Shown here: positions 1-8,741 of the stretch, piece after piece | How the letters are laid out: each line of letters opens with the position of its first letter | Numbering within the stretch: position 1 is the stretch's first letter | Assembly: GCA_963676105.1 (NCBI GenBank) | Contig: OY781039.1 | Coordinates: 1,860,001-1,892,000, forward strand | DNA: 32,000 nucleotides | Origin: Erysipelotrichaceae bacterium | GTDB lineage: Bacteria > Bacillota_I > Bacilli_A > Erysipelotrichales > Erysipelotrichaceae | Direction of reading: 5' to 3' | Made by a program: the position numbers and the translations under genes | The notes under the pieces: model-generated | What the model saw: the letters and a program-made list of their open reading frames with translations, nothing else | Told to the model about the DNA's origin: nothing | Database searches by the model: none

Positions 1-232
1 TAAATATGATCAAGATCTATTAACCATTTCAGCTGAACACTCAGAAGAAACAAATGAAGACAATAAACGTTATGTTTATCGTTCACGCTCTACATCAAGT
101 TTCACTCGTCAAATTAGATTCAATAATATTGATGCGAAAGCTATTGATGCAAACTTCAGTGATGGTGTCTTAAAAGTGGTATTACCAATTCATAATGGTA
201 ATGTTGAAGCAAAGAAAATCGAAGTTAAATAA
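1..232 (+). CDS. Hsp20/alpha-crystallin family small heat-shock protein, C-terminal part (5' end outside window; reading frame starts at nt 2)
   Basis: Frame-2 translation reads ...LTISAEHSEETNEDNKRYVYRSRSTSSFTRQIRFNNIDAKAIDANFSDGVLKVVLPI...KIEVK*. This is the typical alpha-crystallin-domain C-terminal pattern (xRxxGxFxR-like, then GVLxixLP). Stop TAA at 230-232. Confidence 0.8.
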   Translation, partial: KYDQDLLTISAEHSEETNEDNKRYVYRSRSTSSFTRQIRFNNIDAKAIDANFSDGVLKVVLPIHNGNVEAKKIEVK

Positions 233-245
233 TTGACGTCATAAG

Positions 246-270
246 AAAGGGTTGTATCAACCCTTTTTTT
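246..270 (+). terminator. Rho-independent terminator after hsp20
   Basis: 9-bp stem AAAGGGTTG / CAACCCTTT with loop TAT, followed by a T-run. Confidence 0.7.
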
Positions 271-302
271 CATGATAACCTTATTTTTAAAAGAGGAATA
301 TT

Positions 303-773
303 ATGGCAATTGAAAATGCAAAAGCTTATTTAAAACAATTTGGTTTAGATCAAGATGTATTAGAATTCGATGTATCTAGCGCAACTGTAGATGATGCGGC
401 CAAGGCATTAAATACAGATGGGAAACATATCGCGAAAACCCTCGCATTTAGACATGAAGAGGGACCCTTACTTATCTTAGCCGCAGGGGATGCGAAAGTT
501 GACAATGCGAAGTTTAAACAACAATTTCAGCTTAAAGCACGAATGTTATCGCCAGAAGAGCTTATTGAACAAGTGGGTCATGCGATGGGTGGTGTTTGTC
601 CATTTGGAATCAATGATGGTTGCCAAGTTTACTTAGATGTATCGATGAAACGATTTGAGCATGTCTATCCAGCAGTAGGATCTGCTAACTCAGCTATTAA
701 GATGGATTTAAATACCTTAGAGAAAACATCACAGTCATTAGCTTGGATTGATGTATGTAAGGCTTGGGAATAA
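303..773 (+). CDS. YbaK/EbsC-family aminoacyl-tRNA editing (Cys-tRNA(Pro) deacylase-like) protein
   Basis: 156 aa, the size and pattern of free-standing YbaK domains (KTLAFR..., GGVCPFG). SD AGAGGA lies upstream of the ATG. Confidence 0.8.
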   Translation: MAIENAKAYLKQFGLDQDVLEFDVSSATVDDAAKALNTDGKHIAKTLAFRHEEGPLLILAAGDAKVDNAKFKQQFQLKARMLSPEELIEQVGHAMGGVCPFGINDGCQVYLDVSMKRFEHVYPAVGSANSAIKMDLNTLEKTSQSLAWIDVCKAWE

Positions 774-795
774 AGAGCGGAAACGCTCTTTTTTG
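773..795 (+). terminator. Rho-independent terminator after the ybaK-like gene
   Basis: Stem AAGAGCG / CGCTCTT, loop GAAA, then a T-run. Confidence 0.7.
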
Positions 796-802
796 TTATA
801 AT
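794..802 (+). promoter_or_regulatory. Extended -10 promoter element TGtTATAAT for the kinase/oxidoreductase pair
   Basis: Perfect TGnTATAAT directly after the terminator T-run, about 28 nt before the ATG at 830. No good -35. Confidence 0.45.
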
Positions 803-829
803 GGAGTAAAGAAGAAAGAAGGGATGATT

Positions 830-1723
830 ATGGCAATCATCGCAATCGATGTAGGTGGTACAAAATCACGATTCGCGCTCTATGACTTAGATTCGCGTCT
901 TTTGCATGGTTTTGAAGGACCTAGTTTGCATCCTTTACAAGTTGGCTATACAGAAATGGCTGAAGGTTTAAGAAGTGGTGTAGATGAACTCATACAAAAG
1001 TATAATGTAAAAATAGATGTAATTTCATTTGGCTTAGCCGGTTATGGCCAAGATCAAAGCGTTCGAAGTGAAATTGAAAAAGCACTGAATGAACAATTTA
1101 GTGAGAAACACTTAATTCATAATGATGTAGAGTGTGCACTCATGGCATCACTTCAACAAGCTGATGGAATTATGTTAGTTGCAGGTACAGGTTCAATTGC
1201 CTTGCGCAATCTTGAACATCGTACTCAAAGATCAGGGGGTTGGGGTTATTTGATTGGTGATGAAGGATCTGCGTATTGGATTGGTCGAAGTGTTTTATCT
1301 CACTTTAGTAAAATGGCTGATGGACGACTAGAAAAGACTGATTTATATGATGTGGTGATGGATGCCTTAGTCTTAGATGAAGCCAGTGATATTATTTCTC
1401 ATCTCTATAAACATCCAAATCCAAAATTAGCCATTGCTTCATTATCAAAAGCTGCTTATTTAGCCTGTGAAAAAGGGGATACATACGCTAATAACATCTT
1501 TGAAGATGCAGCCTATGAATTAGCACAATTAGTTAAATCATTAGCTTATGATAGCCCTTCAAGCATCCCGGTACGATGCATTGGTGGTGTATTTGAAGCG
1601 GGTGAATTAATATTAAATCCTTTAAAAAAACATTTAGGTGAACAATATGATGTTGAATTGAGTGATAATCCACCAATCTATGGTGCATATCTGTTTGCGA
1701 AAGTAGAGTTGGAGAACACATGA
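830..1723 (+). CDS. BadF/BadG/BcrA/BcrD-type ATPase, N-acetylglucosamine-kinase-like sugar kinase
   Basis: Motifs IAIDVGGTKSRFALYD, AGTGSIA and GGWGYLIGDEGSAYWIG are ASKHA-fold GlcNAc-kinase motifs. I prefer the start at ATG 830 (SD GAAGGG 6 nt upstream). The ORF-track start at 764 lies inside the upstream terminator. Confidence 0.8.
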   Translation: MAIIAIDVGGTKSRFALYDLDSRLLHGFEGPSLHPLQVGYTEMAEGLRSGVDELIQKYNVKIDVISFGLAGYGQDQSVRSEIEKALNEQFSEKHLIHNDVECALMASLQQADGIMLVAGTGSIALRNLEHRTQRSGGWGYLIGDEGSAYWIGRSVLSHFSKMADGRLEKTDLYDVVMDALVLDEASDIISHLYKHPNPKLAIASLSKAAYLACEKGDTYANNIFEDAAYELAQLVKSLAYDSPSSIPVRCIGGVFEAGELILNPLKKHLGEQYDVELSDNPPIYGAYLFAKVELENT

Positions 1724-2625
1724 AAATAGGATTAGTCGGATTAGGAAGTATAGCACGTAAAGCTTATTTACCCGTATTAACACAGCGTTCTGATGTTGAT
1801 TTAATATTATGCACACGTAATCAAGAAACATTAAAAGAACTGCAATCTCAGTATCATTTAAGTGATGGCGTAAATACGCTTGATGAACTCATTGATTTAA
1901 AGCCGGATGCCATTTTTATTTCAGCGGCGACAGAAGCACATTTTACTTTGGCTAAACAAGTCATTGAGGCAGGGATTGCCTTGTATTTAGATAAACCAAT
2001 TTCAATGGATTTTGATGAAGTGAAAGAACTAACTGAATTAGCAAAAAGAAAAGAAGTCATCTTTATGACAGGTTTTAATCGACGGTATGTTCCGATCGTT
2101 AAAGAGGTACATGATAAGGGTGTTCCTGATATGGTCATCTATCAAAAGAATCGACACCTTAAAGCGGATACGCCACGACGTTTTTTAATGGAAGATTATA
2201 TTCACGTAATTGATACAACTAGATATTTACTGCAAGCTGAAGTTAAAGAAATCAGAGTTCATGGAAAACTAGACAAAGAAAAATTAGCCCATGTCATTAT
2301 TCATTTAATTACGGATGTGAATTCTGCTGTTTGCATCACTAATTACATCAATGGTTGCACAGAAGAGAGTATCGAAGTGATGAATCCATATCATAAATCA
2401 GTGATTAAAAATCTAGCTGAATTAGAATGGTATGAAAACAATGAGAAACATGTTGCTTTACCTAATGATTGGCAGCCTACACTTAAAAAACGTGGCTTTG
2501 AAGACTTGATAGATGCGTTTGTAAAGTCAGTAGAAACAGGTCAACAAGCGATCAGTATCGATGATGCTTATCGAAGTCATGAAATATGCAACATCATTAC
2601 CTTAGAAATAGAAAAAACGCTCTAG
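1720..2625 (+). CDS. Gfo/Idh/MocA family NAD(P)-dependent oxidoreductase
   Basis: N-terminal Rossmann motif MKIGLVGLGSIARKAYLPVL. ATGA start/stop overlap with the upstream kinase gene suggests translational coupling. Confidence 0.8.
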   Translation: MKIGLVGLGSIARKAYLPVLTQRSDVDLILCTRNQETLKELQSQYHLSDGVNTLDELIDLKPDAIFISAATEAHFTLAKQVIEAGIALYLDKPISMDFDEVKELTELAKRKEVIFMTGFNRRYVPIVKEVHDKGVPDMVIYQKNRHLKADTPRRFLMEDYIHVIDTTRYLLQAEVKEIRVHGKLDKEKLAHVIIHLITDVNSAVCITNYINGCTEESIEVMNPYHKSVIKNLAELEWYENNEKHVALPNDWQPTLKKRGFEDLIDAFVKSVETGQQAISIDDAYRSHEICNIITLEIEKTL

Positions 2626-2644
2626 AATTTTAGAGCGTCTTTTG
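2612..2644. terminator. Bidirectional terminator between the convergent oxidoreductase and uppP genes
   Basis: 8-bp stem ACGCTCTA / TAGAGCGT, loop GAATTT, with an A-run on the left and a T-run on the right. Confidence 0.75.
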
Positions 2645-2645
2645 A

Positions 2646-3467
2646 TTAACCAACAAATACGAGTAATACAACAACAGCTAAGCCTAAGATAATTCGGTAA
2701 TAGGCAAAGGCTGTGAAACTATGTTTCTTAACAAAGTTCATAAGTACTTTAATTGAGATAACTGATACGACAAAGGATACAAAGAATCCTAGGGCTAACA
2801 TAAGCCATTCGTTTTGATTCCATCCAAAACCTGCTTGTAGAAACTTCAACATCCCATAACCAAATAATACTGGGATGGACATAAAGAATGAGAATTCAGC
2901 AGCAACTGTTCTTGAACAACCTAACCATAAAGCTCCAATAATTGTTGAGCCAGATCGAGAGGTACCAGGTATGACCGCAAATGTTTGAAAGATACCAATA
3001 AGGAAAGCTTCTTTATAACCGATTTCTGAGATTTTAGTAATCGTAGGTTCTATATTGCGTTTCTCAATATAGATAAATAGAATTCCATAGAGAATAAGTG
3101 TAAAGGCAATGACAGATGGTTTAAATAAATAGAGATCAACAATATCCCCAAATGCAAAGCCAATCACAGCTGCAGGGAATGATGCCACCGCAATTTTTAC
3201 CCAAAGTGTAAATGTTCTTTGGCGGTGTTGTGGTGTATGTGATGAATGATAGGGATTCAATACTTTTATAAAAATTAGAATAACTGCAAGGACAGATCCA
3301 ATTTGAATAAAAATAAAGAACATATTGTTAAATTGAGTTGAAAAATCAAGAGGGAACCAATGTTCAAATAGAATTAAATGACCAGTCGAAGAGATTGGTA
3401 ACCATTCTGTGATACCTTGAATGATTCCAAGGATAATAACTTTTATTGTTTCAGGTGAATTGAACAT
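2646..3467 (-). CDS. uppP: Undecaprenyl-diphosphate phosphatase (BacA/UppP)
   Basis: Polytopic membrane protein with hallmark UppP motifs: ...ISSTGHLIL... and PGTSRSGSTIIGAL. SD AAGGAG upstream. Confidence 0.9.
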   Translation of the reverse strand: MFNSPETIKVIILGIIQGITEWLPISSTGHLILFEHWFPLDFSTQFNNMFFIFIQIGSVLAVILIFIKVLNPYHSSHTPQHRQRTFTLWVKIAVASFPAAVIGFAFGDIVDLYLFKPSVIAFTLILYGILFIYIEKRNIEPTITKISEIGYKEAFLIGIFQTFAVIPGTSRSGSTIIGALWLGCSRTVAAEFSFFMSIPVLFGYGMLKFLQAGFGWNQNEWLMLALGFFVSFVVSVISIKVLMNFVKKHSFTAFAYYRIILGLAVVVLLVFVG

Positions 3468-3529
3468 AGAGAGCTCCTTAATACAACACCCATTATAACG
3501 GTAAATGTCATTAAATTAATAAAAAAAAT

Positions 3530-3558
3530 GTAACATTTGCATAAATTTGTGATATTAT
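3530..3558 (+). promoter_or_regulatory. Candidate sigma-A promoter of the hydrogenase operon
   Basis: GTAACA (3530-3535), 17-nt spacer, TATTAT (3553-3558) preceded by TG at 3550-3551 (extended -10). Confidence 0.4.
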
Positions 3559-3586
3559 TAACAAGTAATAGTGATAAATTTAACAA
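3547..3586 (+). promoter_or_regulatory. Two tandem Rex-like operator boxes
   Basis: TTGTGATATTATTAACAA (3547-3564) and TAGTGATAAATTTAACAA (3569-3586) are 14/18 identical with a 22-bp start-to-start spacing. Both fit the Rex consensus TTGTGAA-N4-TTCACAA and its clostridial variant with a TTAACAA half-site. Box 1 overlaps the -10; box 2 lies between the predicted TSS and the SD. Confidence 0.5.
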
Positions 3587-3605
3587 ATAAAAAGGAGATT
3601 TTAAT

Positions 3606-5111
3606 ATGAGAGGCGTAGCAACACCGATTACCTTCTTAAGAAGGGAAGTATTCAAGAATGTCGCAGATGCATCCTATGAAGGATGGGATCGTGATCAAAT
3701 CAAACAAATTCCGTACACAATTATTGAAGGTGATACACCAAAGTATCGTGATTCAATTGAAAGAGAACGTAACATTGTTCGTGCTCGTGTTCGTTTAGCT
3801 TTGAACATGGACTTACATGCTCAATGTGGTGATAACTTTGTAGATGATATGGATTTAGAAACATTGGGTTCACGTAAAGTGAGTGAAGATTTATTAAAAG
3901 TCATTCCAGCAGCTTGTGAAGCCTGTGAAGAAAAATCTTTCTTTGTCACAAACTCATGTCACGGCTGTTTAGCTCAACCATGTGTATCTGTTTGCCCAGT
4001 TAAAGCGACCAGCATTAAAGATGGTCAATCTTATATTGATCAAGAAGCATGTATTAAATGTGGTAAATGTTTTGATGTTTGTCCGTATGGCTCAATCGTT
4101 AAGAATGAGCGTCCATGTGTTGCAGCATGTGGTGTTGATGCGATTACTAAAGATGAACAAGATCGTGCGGTTATTGTTTCTGAAAAATGTGTTGGCTGTG
4201 GTCAATGTATGGTTTCTTGCCCATTTGGTGCCATCATGGATAAATCTGAAATCTACCAAGTGGTTGATAGCTTCCGTCATAATGAACAAATCTCTGCGAT
4301 TATTGCGCCAGCCTTTGTTGGACAATTTGGGGATAAAGTAACACCTGAACAAGTCATTGAAGGTTTATTCCTACTTGGTTTCACTGAAGTTAAAGAAGTT
4401 GCTTATGGAGCTGACGTTACTGCGGTAGATGAAGCTAAGCACTACTTAAAACATGTACCAGTTGATCAACCATTCCTAGCGACATCATGTTGCCCAGCTT
4501 GGTTACTAATGGCTCAAAAAGAATTAAAAGAAAAAGCATACTGTATTTCTCCTTCATCATCTCCTATGATCGAAACTGCTTCTGCGATTCGCAAGAAATA
4601 TCCTGAAACAAAGATCGTCTTTATCGGTCCTTGCTCAGCTAAGAAATTAGAGGCAACTTTTGCGGATGTATCTAAATCAGTTGATTACGTATTAACCTTT
4701 GAAGAAGTAAACGCGATGTTCCATTCACGTGGTATTATTTTAGAAGATGTTGTCGTCGTTCATGAATTTGGTGATGCTTCATTTGATGGTCGTGGTTTCG
4801 CGATTTCAGGTGGTGTTGCGGCAGCGGTTGAAAACGTTGTGAGACGTTTAGATCCTGATCGCGTTGTCAAAATGGAAAAAGCCGAAACCCTTAAGAACTG
4901 TAAGACAATGGTCTTAATGGCTAAAGCGGGCAAACGTGATGGCTTCTTACTTGAAGGTATGGCATGTCCAGGTGGATGTGTTGGTGGAGCAGGAACCATT
5001 GTTAACCAACAAAAATCTTCAAGACATGTACAAAATTACTCACGTAATTCTGAAAAATCTACAGCGCTTAAAACTGTTGAAACCTTCAATATTGATGCGA
5101 CTAAGTTTTAA
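3606..5111 (+). CDS. [FeFe]-hydrogenase catalytic subunit (monomeric type, multiple ferredoxin-like 4Fe-4S motifs)
   Basis: H-cluster signature motifs are present: ATSCCPAW, IGPCSAKKLE and EGMACPGGCVGGAG. Upstream Cys motifs are CHGCLAQPCVSVCP, CIKCGKCFDVCP and CVGCGQCMVSCP. Strong SD AAAGGAG. Confidence 0.85.
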   Translation: MRGVATPITFLRREVFKNVADASYEGWDRDQIKQIPYTIIEGDTPKYRDSIERERNIVRARVRLALNMDLHAQCGDNFVDDMDLETLGSRKVSEDLLKVIPAACEACEEKSFFVTNSCHGCLAQPCVSVCPVKATSIKDGQSYIDQEACIKCGKCFDVCPYGSIVKNERPCVAACGVDAITKDEQDRAVIVSEKCVGCGQCMVSCPFGAIMDKSEIYQVVDSFRHNEQISAIIAPAFVGQFGDKVTPEQVIEGLFLLGFTEVKEVAYGADVTAVDEAKHYLKHVPVDQPFLATSCCPAWLLMAQKELKEKAYCISPSSSPMIETASAIRKKYPETKIVFIGPCSAKKLEATFADVSKSVDYVLTFEEVNAMFHSRGIILEDVVVVHEFGDASFDGRGFAISGGVAAAVENVVRRLDPDRVVKMEKAETLKNCKTMVLMAKAGKRDGFLLEGMACPGGCVGGAGTIVNQQKSSRHVQNYSRNSEKSTALKTVETFNIDATKF

Positions 5112-5114
5112 ATC

Positions 5115-6032
5115 ATGATATTAATTACTGAAACAGAAACATTATCAAGTAACTATAAAGAAGAGTTGGATAAACTCAATCTTCAGTATGATGTTTTTGA
5201 ATCAGAGGACGATGTTGTTGATTGTGCGAAATATGATATTGTCTTTGGGGGTTTGATTGTCAAACACAGAGGTTTAGAAGCCTTTAAAAATTTGAGATGG
5301 ATACAAGTATCTTCAGCGGGTTATAATCATTTACCCATTCAGATGTGGAAAGATAATGGCATTCTTGTGTCAAATGCCAAAGACGTCTTCTCCGATCCTA
5401 TTGCTGAACATGTCATCTTCTATACATTGATGCATTATAAAAAAGGCTTAGAACACTTAAAACTACAAGAAGATAGAAGTTTTACTAGATTAGATAATAA
5501 AGAATTAGAAGATGAAGCAGTGTGTATTTTAGGGACGGGATCCATTGCTTCAGCCATTGCCAAACGTTTTAAACCTTTCAATGTAAAATTAATGGGTGTT
5601 AATACGAATGGCAGAATGATTGATGGTTTTGATGAATGTTATGCCATCGAAGATTTAAAGACAGTATTGTCAAACAGTGATATTGTCGTTATGACTTTGC
5701 CACTTAATGAAAGTACTCGATACTTCTTTGATGAATCTTATTTTGAATCAATGAAAGCAGGTTCAATCCTTATTAATATAGGTCGTGGACGAATTCTTGA
5801 TGAAAAAGCATTAGTAAAATATTTGGACAATGAGCATCTAGCTTATGCTGTATTAGATGTTATGGAAACAGAACCATTGCCAAAAGATAGTGTCTTATGG
5901 GAAACTAAGAACTTACTTATAACACCTCATGATTCAGGTGTTTCATCTAGAACTGGGACGCGTTTAATAAAACTATTTATTCAAAACATAAAAGCTTATC
6001 AAACAAATCAACCACTTACTCATCAGGTATAG
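5115..6032 (+). CDS. D-isomer-specific 2-hydroxyacid dehydrogenase family protein (NAD-binding)
   Basis: GTGSIASAIAKRF dinucleotide fold, plus IGRGRILDE, LDVMETEP and ITPHDSG (the R/E/H catalytic triad pattern of the family). It starts 3 nt after the hydrogenase stop. Confidence 0.8.
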   Translation: MILITETETLSSNYKEELDKLNLQYDVFESEDDVVDCAKYDIVFGGLIVKHRGLEAFKNLRWIQVSSAGYNHLPIQMWKDNGILVSNAKDVFSDPIAEHVIFYTLMHYKKGLEHLKLQEDRSFTRLDNKELEDEAVCILGTGSIASAIAKRFKPFNVKLMGVNTNGRMIDGFDECYAIEDLKTVLSNSDIVVMTLPLNESTRYFFDESYFESMKAGSILINIGRGRILDEKALVKYLDNEHLAYAVLDVMETEPLPKDSVLWETKNLLITPHDSGVSSRTGTRLIKLFIQNIKAYQTNQPLTHQV

Positions 6033-6043
6033 TGGTTTTTTTT
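6011..6043 (+). terminator. Possible terminator after the hydrogenase/dehydrogenase pair
   Basis: 6-bp stem ACCACT / AGTGGT with a large 14-nt loop, followed by 8 T. It overlaps the gene's 3' end. Confidence 0.45.
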
Positions 6044-6121
6044 GGAAAACTGTCACATATGCGAGGATGATATTTTAGTCTTTATCGTTTACAATAATAA
6101 AGTAAGTGTGGAGGATATTTT

Positions 6122-7759
6122 ATGCACATCACTCATCCGATTCATGTAACCGGACATAAAAACCCAGACACGGATTCAATTGTAGCGGCAATTGCTTATG
6201 CACAGCTTAAAAAAACTTTAGGCTATGAATCTATTGCGTGTCGATTAGGAGAAATTAACCACGAGACAGAATTTGTCTTGAAACGATTTGGTTTTGAAAA
6301 ACCAGTCATATTAGATGATGCGAGAATGCAAATTAGTGAGATTGATATCGATGATCCAGTCATGATCGAGGAAGAGACCACTATTTTTGATGCATGGGCA
6401 TTATTTTTAAAACATAAAAAAGCACTTTGTGTTGTAAATGAAAATAAAGAACTTATTGGTTTACTCTCAAGTTCTGATGTCTCTAAAGTGGCGATGGGAG
6501 ATACGGCTCGATCTATTGAACTACTCGCAAAAACACCTTTAGAATATGTCGCAAAAACAATTAACGGCGAACTCATTTATAAACCTGAAAAGCCAAGACT
6601 CAATGGTAAAGTTAGTATCGTTGCGGTTGCGGAACAAAAGTTAAATAATTATGAACTAAAAGATCGTTTAGTCATTGTGGGTAATGATCGTGAAGCTCAA
6701 CTTCAAGCAATTGAAAAAGATGCGGCTTGTTTAGTCGTTGTATGGGCAGATCAAATTCAATCCTTAGTGGTTGAAGTAGCAAAAGCTCATGATTGTGCAC
6801 TCATTATTTCGGGTCATGGAACACTGAATACATCCCGTTATATTTACTACTCAACTCCAATTAAATACATTATGAATACAGAACTCATTAACTTCAATAA
6901 GTCTGAGTTTGTGGATGATGCACTTATTAAGATTATGAAAACACGCTTTAGATCATATCCTGTTGTAGATGATCACGGAATAATCTACGGATTAATTTCT
7001 CGTTATCACTTATTAAATGCACGTAAAAAGAAACTTATTTTAGTCGATCACAATGAAGTTTCACAATCTGTTGATGGCTTACTTGAGGCAGATATTTTAG
7101 AAGTCGTTGATCATCATCGAATTGGTGATATTCAAACGAACCAACCAATAAATTTTAGAAATCAAATTGTAGGTTCATCCAATACAATTATTGCGAATCT
7201 CTATTTTGAAAACAGAGTTGAACCAGATCCAGCAATTGCGGGTCTTATGTGTGCAGCAATTATTTCAGATACCCTAAATTTCAAATCTCCAACCACAACA
7301 GCGGTTGACATTGAAACAGCCGATTATTTATCTGAGATTGCGGATATTGATAAAGATGAACTAGCACGAGAAATCTTCACAACGGGTTCAGGTCTACAAA
7401 CTAAAACACCACTCGATATTATTGAAAATGACTTAAAAGAATTTGCGATGGGTAAATACCGTGTAATGGTCGGTCAAATTAGCTTGTATGATTTAGATCA
7501 AGTGGTTCAAATACGAGCAGAACTTGAAGCTGAAATGGACAAGTATGTTTTAGATAAACGTATTGATGTCTTAATGTTAATTTTTACTAACTTAGAACAT
7601 CATGGCTCAGCGATTCTTTCAAAAGGTAAAGAAAACTGGATTGTTGAAGATGCTTACAAGGAAGCAAATCAAAAGGAATTACATTTGGTTGATAATTTAA
7701 TGTCTCGTAAGAAACAAGTTATCCCAAGATTATCTTCGGTGGTAGAAGGTCATGAGTAA
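6122..7759 (+). CDS. CBS-domain-containing family II (DHH/DHHA2) inorganic pyrophosphatase
   Basis: DHH motifs (GHKNPDTDSI, DHNE, DHHRIGD), an internal CBS/DRTGG insert and a C-terminal DHHA2 region. SD GGAGGA. Confidence 0.85.
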   Translation: MHITHPIHVTGHKNPDTDSIVAAIAYAQLKKTLGYESIACRLGEINHETEFVLKRFGFEKPVILDDARMQISEIDIDDPVMIEEETTIFDAWALFLKHKKALCVVNENKELIGLLSSSDVSKVAMGDTARSIELLAKTPLEYVAKTINGELIYKPEKPRLNGKVSIVAVAEQKLNNYELKDRLVIVGNDREAQLQAIEKDAACLVVVWADQIQSLVVEVAKAHDCALIISGHGTLNTSRYIYYSTPIKYIMNTELINFNKSEFVDDALIKIMKTRFRSYPVVDDHGIIYGLISRYHLLNARKKKLILVDHNEVSQSVDGLLEADILEVVDHHRIGDIQTNQPINFRNQIVGSSNTIIANLYFENRVEPDPAIAGLMCAAIISDTLNFKSPTTTAVDIETADYLSEIADIDKDELAREIFTTGSGLQTKTPLDIIENDLKEFAMGKYRVMVGQISLYDLDQVVQIRAELEAEMDKYVLDKRIDVLMLIFTNLEHHGSAILSKGKENWIVEDAYKEANQKELHLVDNLMSRKKQVIPRLSSVVEGHE

Positions 7760-8741
7760 ACTTAGAGTCGCAACGATTGGCACATCCATGATTACTGGTA
7801 TGGCATTAGATGCTTTTAGTCAAATTGAGGATTATGAAATCGTTGGTATTTATTCAAGAACTGTTGAAAAAGCACAAGCATTGGCGGATAAATTTAACAT
7901 CAAACGTATTATTACTGACTTTGAAGAATTAAAAAACGATTCTGGGATAGATGTTGTCTATGTTGCATCGCCTAATTCACTTCACTTTAAACAGAGTTTA
8001 GAACTCATTCAAGCGGCAAAGCATGTCATTACTGAAAAGCCATTTGTGGCTAACATCAAAGAATATGAAATCTTAGTAAAGGCCGCAAAAGAATCAAATC
8101 GATTTTGTTTTGATGCGATTATGCCAATTCATTTACCAAACTACAGTCAATTAAAGTTAGCGGTAGAAAAAATTCAACCCGTTCATTTAATGAGTACGTC
8201 TCAAGTTCAATATTCATCACGTTACGATGCATTATTGAATGGAGATGTTGCGAATATTTTTAATCCACAAATGGCTGGTGGAGCACTTATGGATTTAGGT
8301 GTCTATACAATCACTAATGTTGTGTCATTGTTTGGAATGCCAAATGATTTGGACTATAGCTGTCGCAAACATGAAAATGGAATTGATTTGTCTGGTGTAC
8401 TGACCCTTAAATACGACGACATGACTGCTGTTTGTTTAATCGGTAAAGATGCACAAGCTACAAACAACACAATACTCATGGGTGAAAATGGCACTGTACT
8501 GTGTGAGGGTAGTGCATCATTATTAAAAACTTGCGTCTTTAGTAATAAAAAAGAAAGTGAAGACTTATCACTTCCTCAAAAACCTAATCAGATGATTCAT
8601 GAAATGCAAGATTATGCGAATGTCATTCTCAAGAGTGATTGGAAAACATATGATGAGTGGATGCGTATTACAAAAGATGTGATAACTGTCATTGATCAAG
8701 CTCGTAAGCAGATCAATCTTATTTTTCCAAATGACAACTAA
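7752..8741 (+). CDS. Gfo/Idh/MocA family oxidoreductase
   Basis: N-terminal Rossmann motif LRVATIGTSMITG and EKPF motif. 8-nt overlap with the pyrophosphatase gene. Confidence 0.8.
   Translation: MSKLRVATIGTSMITGMALDAFSQIEDYEIVGIYSRTVEKAQALADKFNIKRIITDFEELKNDSGIDVVYVASPNSLHFKQSLELIQAAKHVITEKPFVANIKEYEILVKAAKESNRFCFDAIMPIHLPNYSQLKLAVEKIQPVHLMSTSQVQYSSRYDALLNGDVANIFNPQMAGGALMDLGVYTITNVVSLFGMPNDLDYSCRKHENGIDLSGVLTLKYDDMTAVCLIGKDAQATNNTILMGENGTVLCEGSASLLKTCVFSNKKESEDLSLPQKPNQMIHEMQDYANVILKSDWKTYDEWMRITKDVITVIDQARKQINLIFPNDN

Noticed and set aside
764-829. ORF-track start at 764 for the BadF-type kinase
   Set aside because: The extension (MGIKSGNALFCYNGVKKKEG) runs through the ybaK terminator hairpin and a TGnTATAAT promoter element. 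ATG 830 has a proper SD and gives the conserved IAIDVGGT N-terminus.
1533-2138. Minus-strand ORFs 1533..1721, 1634..1831 and 1854..2138
   Set aside because: They are antisense to the kinase and Gfo/Idh/MocA genes, with no SD and no family resemblance.
3443-3655. 70-aa minus-strand ORF spanning the uppP/hydrogenase intergenic region
   Set aside because: It overlaps both flanking genes' starts and the promoter/operator region. Its AT-rich, low-complexity translation has no start context.
3982-5118. Alternative-frame and antisense ORFs inside the hydrogenase gene (3982..4341 +, 4092..4352 -, 4760..4999 -, 4936..5118 +)
   Set aside because: They lie entirely within a well-supported CDS, have low-complexity or odd composition, no SD and no recognisable motifs. 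They are shadow ORFs.
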